Source: Archangium sp. (lineage in GTDB: Bacteria > Myxococcota > Myxococcia > Myxococcales > Myxococcaceae). From it: a DNA stretch of 12,609 nucleotides. A program made the position numbers and the translations under genes. Positions 6,505 to 12,609 of this stretch are shown here, in pieces. The number at the start of each line of letters is the position of its first letter. Within the stretch, counting starts at the first letter, position 1. Below the pieces are notes generated by a model that was not told the DNA's origin, did no database searches, and was given only the letters and a program-made list of their open reading frames with translations. Location of the stretch: the NCBI GenBank assembly GCA_003249315.1, contig QKJM01000968.1, positions 1 to 12,609 on the forward strand. The letters are read 5' to 3'.

Positions 6505-8676
6505 TCACTCGGTGCTCTTGTCGCCGCGGAGCGGCTCCGCCTCCGAGAGCGTCTTCATCTGGTTGGCCGCCACCGCCGGCGCCGCCTGCGCGGGCACCAT
6601 GCGGTGCAGCATCGCCGCCATCGCCAGGTTCTGCGCGTCGTTGGTCAGCCCCGGCCTGGAGAGGATCTCCTTGAGGTCCGCCGGCAGATCCTTCTCGCCG
6701 TTGAGGTAGCCGGCGAAGGCCTTGCGCAGCGTCTCGCCGTGCTCCAGCGCGCCATCCACGGACTGGCCCACGGAGATGGCCTTGATGAAGCGCTCGAAGA
6801 ACTGGCCGTCGCCGCCGACGATGTTGACCTTCGCGTTGCCCATCGTCTCGGAGAGCACCTTGGCCTGGGCCTCGGCGATCTCCTTGCGCACGCGGATCGT
6901 CTCCAGCTCCACGTCGCGCTCCTTCTGCAGGCGCAGGCGGAACTCCTCGTGCTCGCGGGTGACGCCATCCAGGGCCTTCATGGACTCGGCCTTCTCGGCC
7001 AGGCCGCGGGCCTCGGCCAGCAGCTTCTCCTCGATCCCCTTGGCCTCGGCGAGCTGGCGCTCGCGGATGGCGATGGCCTCGGCCTCGCCGCGCTTCTGCA
7101 TGGCCTGGGCCTCGGCCTCCTGGATGCGGGCCTGGGCCATGCCCTTCTCCTGCGCACCCGCGGCCTCGGCCAGCAACTGCTCCTTGGCGGCGACGGCCTG
7201 GGCCATGCCCTGCTTCTCGATGACGGCGGCCTCGGCCTCCTTCACCCGCACCTGGGCCATGCCCTGCTTCTCGACGGCCTGCGCGTCCGCTTCCTTCACG
7301 CGCACCTGCGCCAGTCCCTCGGCGGCGGCCTCGGCCTGGACGCCCTCGGCCAGCCGCATCTTCGCCTTGGCCGTCTTGTCCGAGGCCTCCAACTCGGCCT
7401 CGGCCAGGGTCAGCTTCTCCTTGGCGGCGAACTTGGCCACCTCGTTGCTGGCCTCGGCGGCCTTGATGTCCTTGACCAGCTTCTCCTGCGCCTGCGCCTC
7501 GGCGGTGATGAGCAGCGCGTCCTTCTTGCGCGTGGCCTCGGCCTTCACGCGCAGATCCTTGATGCGCTCCTCCTCCTCGGCCACCGTCTTCTCCACGGCG
7601 ATGCGCGCGCGCACCACGTCGGCGATGGCCTTCTTCTCCGCCTCGAGCGCCTTCTCCTTGGCGATGCGCTGCAGCTCCACCTCGCGCTCGCGGTTGATGG
7701 CCTCCAGGGCGCGATCCTTCTCCACGCGCTCGGACTCCACGCCCACCACGCGCTCGCGGTTCTTCTGGGCCACCTCCACCTGGCGCTGCTTGTTCTCCTC
7801 GTTGATGAGGATCTCCTCCTGGGCCTTGATGCGCGCCAGGGAGGCCTTGGCGTGCTCCTCGGCCTTCACCCGCTCGGCCTCGGCGACCTCCCGGGCCTGG
7901 ATGCTGTCGATCTCCCGCTTCTGCTTGGCGGCGGCCTCGGAGCGCTGGCGCTCGAGCGCGAAGATGGCCTCGTCCGACTCGACGTTGCGCTTGGTGATGG
8001 CCATGCGCTCGTTCTGCCGGAACTCATTGGTCTCGACGTTGCGCAGCGAGGTCAGCTCGGTGATCTTCCGGATGCCCTGGGCGTCGAGGATGTTGTCCTT
8101 GTCCAACATCTCGATCGGGGTCTGCTCCAGGAAGTCGATGGCGCAGTCCTCGAGCATGTAGCCGTTGAGGTCCTTGCCGATGACCTTGATGACCTCTTCC
8201 TTGATCTCCTCGCGGTGGGTGTAGAGCTGCTCGAAGTCGAAAATCTTTCCCGCGGTCTTGAGGGCCTCGGAGAACTTGGCCTCGAAGAGGTTCTCGAGCG
8301 TCTCCTGGTGGCTGGCGCGGGCGCAGCCGATGGACTGAGCCACCTTGAGCACGTCCTCGCGGGTCTTGTTGACCCGGACGAAGAAGGTGACCTTGATGTC
8401 CGCGCGGATGTTGTCCTTGCAGATCAACCCCTCCTTGCCGCGGCGGTCGATGTCGACCGTCTTGAGGGAGATATCCATCACCTCGGCGCGGTTGATGATG
8501 GGCCACACCACCGCGCCAGTGAAGGTGACGACCGGATCACCCTTGAAGGGGTTGATGATCAGCGCCCGTCCCTGATCCACCTGCCGGTAGAACCTGGAGA
8601 CGATGAACGCCGCGCAGAAGATGAAGAAGAGGATGCCGCCAATGGCGAGCAGGACTGTGACGATCGGAAGTTCCAT
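6505..8676 (-). CDS. Flotillin / SPFH (band-7, PHB) domain protein of the YqiK/FloT type with one N-terminal TM helix, an SPFH domain, and an unusually long E/A/K/R-rich coiled-coil region (723 aa total).
   Basis: ORF track 6505..8718 minus. N-terminus MELPIVTVLLAIGGILFFIFCAAFIVSRFYRQVDQGRALIINPFKG...DISLKTVDIDRRGKEGLICKDNIRADIKVTFFVRV is typical of a flotillin TM plus SPFH start. EA-rich heptad-like coiled coil runs through the middle. Flotillin-like C-terminal region ...NIVGGDGQFFERFIKAISVGQS. Preferred start is ATG at 8676..8674 (Met15 of the track ORF) with AAGGA just upstream; the track start at 8718 is GTG. TGA stop at 6507..6505. Confidence 0.88.
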   Translation of the reverse strand: MELPIVTVLLAIGGILFFIFCAAFIVSRFYRQVDQGRALIINPFKGDPVVTFTGAVVWPIINRAEVMDISLKTVDIDRRGKEGLICKDNIRADIKVTFFVRVNKTREDVLKVAQSIGCARASHQETLENLFEAKFSEALKTAGKIFDFEQLYTHREEIKEEVIKVIGKDLNGYMLEDCAIDFLEQTPIEMLDKDNILDAQGIRKITELTSLRNVETNEFRQNERMAITKRNVESDEAIFALERQRSEAAAKQKREIDSIQAREVAEAERVKAEEHAKASLARIKAQEEILINEENKQRQVEVAQKNRERVVGVESERVEKDRALEAINREREVELQRIAKEKALEAEKKAIADVVRARIAVEKTVAEEEERIKDLRVKAEATRKKDALLITAEAQAQEKLVKDIKAAEASNEVAKFAAKEKLTLAEAELEASDKTAKAKMRLAEGVQAEAAAEGLAQVRVKEADAQAVEKQGMAQVRVKEAEAAVIEKQGMAQAVAAKEQLLAEAAGAQEKGMAQARIQEAEAQAMQKRGEAEAIAIRERQLAEAKGIEEKLLAEARGLAEKAESMKALDGVTREHEEFRLRLQKERDVELETIRVRKEIAEAQAKVLSETMGNAKVNIVGGDGQFFERFIKAISVGQSVDGALEHGETLRKAFAGYLNGEKDLPADLKEILSRPGLTNDAQNLAMAAMLHRMVPAQAAPAVAANQMKTLSEAEPLRGDKSTE
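7090..7310 (-). repeat. In-frame tandem repeat of about 54-66 nt, roughly 4 imperfect copies, inside the flotillin coiled-coil region. It encodes 18-22-aa units of the form EKQGMAQVRVKEAEAxAV.
   Basis: Repeated plus-strand unit CCTGGGCCATGCCCTGCTTCTCGA(TGA)CGGC...CTCCTTCAC(C/G)CGCA visible at 7131-7196, 7197-7250 and 7251-7304, with a degenerate copy near 7090-7130. The protein shows GMAQVRVKEADAQAVEKQGMAQVRVKEAEAAVIEKQGMAQAVAAKEQLLAEAAGAQEKGMAQARIQEAEAQAMQKRG. Confidence 0.7.
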
Positions 8677-8778
8677 GTCCTTGTCCGAGCAGAGAAGACC
8701 AGAGGGGGCTTGTACCACGCGACCGGAGACCCCCGTGAGACCCCCCCGGTGCGCCAGAGAAATGTCATGTGAGGCGAC

Positions 8779-9558
8779 TCACCGCGTGCGCATCCTGTCG
8801 CGGGCGACGGCCGCCGCGGTGAGCGGATCCTTCAGGTGCTGCAGTTCCTCGGGCAGGAGCCAGTCCACGGGCTCCACCTCGTAGGCGTCACGGGACGGAT
8901 CATACCCGAGGATCAGCGCCCGATCTCCCCGCTGGAGTTCGTTCGCCTTTTCGCAGAAGACGTGAAGCAGGAGGCCGGCGCCGCCATCCTCGAAGTTGGC
9001 CTGGCCGAACCCGCCGTCCACCTTGCTGCTGGAGATGACGCACACACGCCCCAGGAGCGAGTCGCGGCGAGGGGCCTGGTTCACGGCGAAGACGGGGCGC
9101 AGGGGCCGTACGGCCAGGCCCGCGAGCCCGGTGCCCACCACGAGGCACAGCACGGACAGCACCCCACCGACGAGCACGCCTGGCAGCGCGCCGAGCAGGT
9201 TGCTCGCCGGACCCGACAGCGCCAGCGACAGCAGCCAGGAGAGGAAGATGGCGAAGCTGAGGGACACCGTCACCGGCACGCCGCCGAAGCCGAGCACCTC
9301 GAGGAAGCTGGCCCCCGCCTTGGCGCCTCCCTCCATCGCGCCCTTGGCCCCGGCCTCCATCGCGCCCTTCACCCCGCCCTCCAGGGCCTCGCCCGCCCCG
9401 GCCTTCGCGCCGAGCGCGAAGTCGCCCAGGTCTCCATCCAGGAGATCGATTCCCACCGCGCCGATCATGACGGTCAGCCAGTAGCCGAGCACCACTCCCA
9501 TGGGGATGGTGAAGAGCACGGTCGGGAAACTGAGGATGGTGTGGAGGAATTCGGTCAT
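8779..9558 (-). CDS. NfeD/YqiJ-like flotillin-associated membrane protein with three predicted TM helices, a Gly/Ala-rich loop and a C-terminal OB-fold beta-barrel domain.
   Basis: ORF track 8779..9675 minus (the 9675 start is GTG). The first in-frame ATG at 9558..9556 gives MTEFLHTILSFPTVLFTIPMGVVLGYWLTVMIGAV (TM1). Further hydrophobic helices at FAIFLSWLLSLALSG and LPGVLVGGVLSVLCLVVGTGLAGLAV. C-terminal ...LLGRVCVISSSKVDGGFGQANFEDGGAGLLLHVFCEKANELQRGDRALILGYDP matches the short-NfeD OB-fold pattern. It sits immediately upstream of the flotillin gene, the same order as E. coli yqiJ-yqiK. TGA stop at 8781..8779. Start choice is uncertain because there is no clear SD for either start. Confidence 0.72.
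   Translation of the reverse strand: MTEFLHTILSFPTVLFTIPMGVVLGYWLTVMIGAVGIDLLDGDLGDFALGAKAGAGEALEGGVKGAMEAGAKGAMEGGAKAGASFLEVLGFGGVPVTVSLSFAIFLSWLLSLALSGPASNLLGALPGVLVGGVLSVLCLVVGTGLAGLAVRPLRPVFAVNQAPRRDSLLGRVCVISSSKVDGGFGQANFEDGGAGLLLHVFCEKANELQRGDRALILGYDPSRDAYEVEPVDWLLPEELQHLKDPLTAAAVARDRMRTR
9315..9400 (-). repeat. Short in-frame tandem repeat of about 24-27 nt inside the NfeD-like gene, encoding a Gly/Ala/Lys-rich loop.
   Basis: Plus-strand CCTCCATCGCGCCCTTGGCCCC / GGCCTCCATCGCGCCCTTCACCCCG / CCCTCCAGGGCCTCGCCC units. The protein shows EGGVKGAMEAGAKGAMEGGAKAGA. Confidence 0.5.
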
Positions 9559-9737
9559 CGGGCTTCGGCCAAGGAGAGGGAACGGAGTGTATTCCAGGGG
9601 TTGGGGGGCCTGCCTAGCCCCTTCCGGTCGATTCCCCGCCCGCCATCCCCCCAGGCGGAAGGGGCGGGACGCCACGGTGGGGAGAAGGCGCCGCTGAACA
9701 TGCTCAGGGGAAGCGAGAACCCGCTAGGCTCCGGCCC
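9559..9737. promoter_or_regulatory. Divergent intergenic region of about 180 bp between the NfeD-like gene (minus) and the 2OG oxygenase gene (plus). It should contain both promoters and carries a GC-rich inverted repeat.
   Basis: Inverted repeat CCCGCCC (9635-9641) / GGGCGGG (9662-9668) with a ~20-nt spacer. Weak -35-like TGAACA at 9695-9700. No strong sigma-70 consensus is visible, as expected in high-GC genomes. Confidence 0.35.
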
Positions 9738-10448
9738 GTGAGCGAGTACGTCACCCACCGCGCGGCCCTGAAGGGGGCGCAGCTGGAGTCCCTGAGGGAG
9801 GCGCTGCTCTCCTCGCGCTTCGTGGGGCGGAGCCAGTTGATGGGGACGTTCCAAGGCAGCCGGGGCTTCGCGTTCATCTTCACGGAGGCGGGTCGGGCGA
9901 CGCTAGAGGCGCGCTTCCCCTTCCTCCGGGAGTACCTGGCGCTGGCGATGGAGCCGGCGAGCTGGCGCGGGCTGCTGCCCTGGCGGGAGCGGCTGTTCGG
10001 ACCGAGGCCGGAGCGCCGGAGGCCCAACGCCTTCTATCTGAACCTCCTGCTGGTGGAACCCGGCAAGAGCGTGGGCCGGCACATCGACGCGACGCTTCAA
10101 GGCCCGAGCGGCGTGGAGGGGGCGGTGCCAGAGCACGTGAGCGTGCTGTACCTGGCCGTTCCGAGGGGAGCGAATGGCGGCGAGCTGGTGATGACGCGCG
10201 GGCAGGAGTGGCTGGGCGTGGTGCGACCGAGAGAGGGGATGCTGGTACACTTCCGGGGAGACCTGATGCACGAGGTACGGCCCTTCACGGGAGCTCTCGA
10301 GGGGGCGCTGCGGGCGAGCCTGGTCTGCGAGCAGTACGCCTTCGAGCCCGAGGCCCTGGCACGACTGCCCGAGTTCCGGATCCAATCCAAGGCGGGTTTC
10401 ACGGCGTACCTGGAGGAGCACCGCGCCCGGACTACGGCTGAGACATGA
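9738..10448 (+). CDS. 2-oxoglutarate/Fe(II)-dependent dioxygenase superfamily protein (prolyl-4-hydroxylase-like fold).
   Basis: ORF track 9738..10448 plus, 236 aa, GTG start. Facial-triad pattern HxD...H plus RxS in canonical spacing: VGRHIDAT (H-I-D), then about 60 aa later GDLMHEVRPF (distal His), then LRASLV (RxS 2OG-binding) about 15 aa further. The overlapping minus ORF 9903..10421 is a Q/R/L/P-rich shadow. TGA stop at 10446-10448. Confidence 0.7.
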   Translation: MSEYVTHRAALKGAQLESLREALLSSRFVGRSQLMGTFQGSRGFAFIFTEAGRATLEARFPFLREYLALAMEPASWRGLLPWRERLFGPRPERRRPNAFYLNLLLVEPGKSVGRHIDATLQGPSGVEGAVPEHVSVLYLAVPRGANGGELVMTRGQEWLGVVRPREGMLVHFRGDLMHEVRPFTGALEGALRASLVCEQYAFEPEALARLPEFRIQSKAGFTAYLEEHRARTTAET

Positions 10449-11799
10449 ACGTCTCGAACTCGAGCCGTTCCATCTTGCGCGAGAGCACCCCCAGCCCCGT
10501 GAGCGCCGTCACGTACACCGCCCCCGCATAGCCGTACCCGTAGAAGCGCACGCCCAGCTCCAGTGTCAGCAGGGTCAGCCCCACGTTCAGCAGCAGCAGC
10601 AGCCCCGTCAACCCCAGCGCCACCCTCCGCTGATCCAGGTAGAAGAAGACGTTCAGCACCGCCAGCAGCAACACCTGCCCTCCCGCCGCGACGAGATCCA
10701 CCCCATACAGCGGCAGGTAGTACGGAGAGAGCCCCCACGCCTCCAGGACCCGCGGCCCCGCGAGCAGCAGCAGGAGGATCGTCAGCCCCTGCACCTTGAA
10801 GAGCTCCTCCAGCCCGCGGCGCACCGCCGCCACCATCCCCCCGCGCAGCCGCTCCAGCTCCCCCAGCTTCCCTCCCCTTCGCACCGAGGCGTAGAAGTCC
10901 GCGTGCTGCTCCGCGAAGTCCGTCTCTATCCGCACCAGGTACACCGCCATCCCCGGGATCGTCGAGAGGCACGCCAGGAACATCGGCAGGTCATACAGGA
11001 CCGACGCGCGCAGCGGCCCCAGCACCGCCTCCGAGGTGGACGGGTTGCACCAGAACAGCAGCTTGTCCGACCAGATGCCCAGGTTGTACAGCAGCCCCAC
11101 TCCCGCCAGCCCGTAGAGGGCCTGCCCCCTCCGCAGGAAGTCGAAGGACACCAGCCGCCTCAGGGGATGGCGACGCAGCACCAGCGCCAGCAGCGTCACC
11201 AGCATCCACCCCTGCCCCACCAGGAAGCCCGCGAGCAGCCCCTCCAGCCCGAAGGGCCTCAGCCCCAGCGCCGCCCCCACCGACAGCCCATAGCCGAGCA
11301 GGAACGTCCACAGCACCGCCCGGTACTCCTTCAGCCCCGAGAGCATCACCACCAGCACCCAGAGATCGCAGAGCACCACGAAGCACGACAGCAGCAGCAA
11401 CCGCACCGTCAGCGGCTCCCGGAACAGCAGCCCCAGCACCCCTCCCGCCAGCAGCGCGCTCCCCACCGTCGTCAGCCCCAGCGCCCCCAGCAGGTTCGGC
11501 AACACCCGCGCCGTCTTCCCCTCGTAGAGCCGATCCGCCACGAACCTCGACAGCAAGAGCTGCAGCGGCCCCGTCGCGATCAGCGAGCACGCCATCATCC
11601 ATGTGATCGACACCAGGAAGGGACTCGACACCACGCCCTTCTCACCGCCCGCTCCCAGCGCTCCGATCACCATCATCCCGCAGATGGAGAACACCCACGG
11701 GCCGGAGGAGATCAGCCTCGCGTACCCGTAACCCCTCAGAAGGCCCCAGAGGCTGTCGTCTCGGAAGAGCTTCCGCAGCTCGAACCCGATCCCCGCCAT
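10432..11799 (-). CDS. pelG: PelG-like polysaccharide exporter of the MOP/PST flippase superfamily, 12 predicted TM helices, ~455 aa.
   Basis: ORF track 10432..11856 minus. The internal ATG at 11799..11797 is preceded by GGGGAGG (complement of 11804-11810). It gives MAGIGFELRKLFRDDSLWGLLRGYGYARLISSGPW..., which I recognise as the characteristic PelG N-terminus (P. aeruginosa PelG is ~456 aa). Highly hydrophobic throughout, with a cytoplasmic loop ...ETDFAEQHADFYASVRRGGKLGELERLRGG. It follows a GT4 gene as in pelF-pelG. TAG stop at 10434..10432. Confidence 0.65.
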   Translation of the reverse strand: MAGIGFELRKLFRDDSLWGLLRGYGYARLISSGPWVFSICGMMVIGALGAGGEKGVVSSPFLVSITWMMACSLIATGPLQLLLSRFVADRLYEGKTARVLPNLLGALGLTTVGSALLAGGVLGLLFREPLTVRLLLLSCFVVLCDLWVLVVMLSGLKEYRAVLWTFLLGYGLSVGAALGLRPFGLEGLLAGFLVGQGWMLVTLLALVLRRHPLRRLVSFDFLRRGQALYGLAGVGLLYNLGIWSDKLLFWCNPSTSEAVLGPLRASVLYDLPMFLACLSTIPGMAVYLVRIETDFAEQHADFYASVRRGGKLGELERLRGGMVAAVRRGLEELFKVQGLTILLLLLAGPRVLEAWGLSPYYLPLYGVDLVAAGGQVLLLAVLNVFFYLDQRRVALGLTGLLLLLNVGLTLLTLELGVRFYGYGYAGAVYVTALTGLGVLSRKMERLEFETFMSQP

Positions 11800-12609
11800 G
11801 CCGCCTCCCCGAGCGCCCCCCGATAGATGGCCCGGTAGCTGTCGAACATCATCCACTCATCGTAATAGCGCTCCACGCGAGCAATCCCCGCTGACCGCGC
11901 CGCCCTCCACCTCCCCTCATCCGTCAGCAGCCCCAGCACAGCCCGCGCCGCCGCTTCCGGATCCGAGATCGGCACCACCTCCCCCGCCGCTCCCAGCGCC
12001 CTGTCGTCCTTTCCACTCCCCTCGATCAGCTCCCTGCACGCGCCCACGTCCGTGCTCACCGCTGGCAGGCCACTCGCGAAGCCCTCCAGCAACACCAGGG
12101 GAAGCGCCTCGCTGATGGAGGTGAGCATCAACAGTCCCAGCTTCGGCAGCACCGCGTCCGGCTTCTGGAAGCCCAGGAACCTCACCCGCTCCCCCAGTCC
12201 CAGGCTCTCCACCAGCCCCCGGCACTCCCTCGCGTACGCCACGTCCTCGTCCTCGGGGCCGATGATCCACCCCTCCGCCTCGGGCATCCGGTTGCACACC
12301 AGCCGCATCGTCCGGATGAAGGTGCGGATGTCCTTGATGGGCACCACCCGCCCCAGCAGCCCCACCACTGGAGGTACCCTCTCCGGCCGCGCCTCCCTCA
12401 ACGCCGCGAAGCGCCGCACCGCCACCCCGTTGGGCACCACCCGCGTCCTCTCTTCCGGCGCCCCGTCCCTCACCTGCCGCTGACGGTTGCCCTCGTACAG
12501 TGCCACGATCGGATCCGCCGCCGCGTACGTCATCCGCCCCAGCCCCTCGAAGAAGCGGATCCACAGCCGCCGCAGCGCCCCCAGCCCTCCCTGCTTCCCT
12601 CCCCCCTCC
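11736..12609 (-). CDS. pelF: Partial CDS (C-terminal ~290 aa; the N-terminus lies beyond the right edge). GT4-family (GT-B fold) glycosyltransferase, PelF-like.
   Basis: The frame of track ORF 11736..12533 stays open upstream to the window end (...EGGGKQGGLGALRRLWIRFFEGLGRMTYAAADPIV...). The C-terminal Rossmann half carries the GT4 E-x7-E motif in ISEALPLVLLEGFASGLPAVSTDVGACRELIE, plus RVRFLGFQKPDAVLPKLGLLMLTS. TGA stop at 11738..11736, overlapping the pelG-like start by 64 nt. Confidence 0.7.
   Translation of the reverse strand, partial: EGGGKQGGLGALRRLWIRFFEGLGRMTYAAADPIVALYEGNRQRQVRDGAPEERTRVVPNGVAVRRFAALREARPERVPPVVGLLGRVVPIKDIRTFIRTMRLVCNRMPEAEGWIIGPEDEDVAYARECRGLVESLGLGERVRFLGFQKPDAVLPKLGLLMLTSISEALPLVLLEGFASGLPAVSTDVGACRELIEGSGKDDRALGAAGEVVPISDPEAAARAVLGLLTDEGRWRAARSAGIARVERYYDEWMMFDSYRAIYRGALGEAAWRGSGSSCGSSSETTASGAF

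Noticed and set aside
6358-8772. 804-aa and 479-aa (6722..8161) plus-strand ORFs opposite the flotillin gene.
   Set aside because: L/G-rich or S/A-rich low-complexity translations are the reverse-complement image of the E/A/K-rich coiled coil. The SPFH domain is unambiguous on the minus strand.
872-9558. Idea that the flotillin/giant-ATPase cluster is an anti-phage defence system.
   Set aside because: No nuclease, effector, sensor or other defence-associated domain is recognisable in the window, and the flanks (pel locus, PBP-like gene) do not look like a defence island. Unsupported.
8836-9741. 301-aa plus ORF and the 8996..9484 plus ORF opposite the NfeD-like gene.
   Set aside because: Low complexity (R/E/H/G-rich) with no TM or domain pattern. 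The minus frame has TM helices plus the OB-fold.
10097-11826. Several ORFs overlapping pelG: minus 10097..10972 and 10991..11602 (G/A/R-rich); plus 10903..11826 (Q/R/H/P-rich); plus 10208..10441.
   Set aside because: Compositionally degenerate alternative frames of a high-GC membrane-protein gene. Only the 10432..11799 frame yields a hydrophobic 12-TM protein with the PelG N-terminus.
11917-12564. 215-aa minus ORF and 12052..12483 plus ORF overlapping the GT4 gene.
   Set aside because: G/A/R-rich or S/T-rich shadow frames. The GT4 E-x7-E motif is in the 11736..12609 frame.

Overview
High-GC (~68-70%) bacterial window with Myxococcota-like codon bias; the taxon is my inference. Almost all real genes lie on the minus strand, so the long plus-strand ORFs in the track are antisense shadows with R/L/H/Q-rich, low-complexity translations. 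Gene order in minus-strand 5'->3', i.e. right to left: a partial GT4 glycosyltransferase (PelF-like), then a 12-TM PelG-like polysaccharide exporter (the end of a pel-like locus). Left of that, one plus-strand 2OG-Fe(II) oxygenase is divergently transcribed from an apparent minus-strand operon. That operon encodes a YqiJ/NfeD-like membrane OB-fold protein, a very long (723 aa) flotillin (SPFH/band-7) protein, and a giant (~1830 aa) protein with a single MoxR/AAA_5-type AAA+ module. A 171-nt lower-GC, repeat-rich spacer follows, then a cytoplasmic PhnD/SsuA-like ligand-binding-domain protein that runs off the left edge and is not in the ORF track. The candidate system is the NfeD-flotillin pair coupled to the giant AAA+ ATPase, possibly with the PBP-like protein. 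I found no tRNA, rRNA, CRISPR or IS elements.
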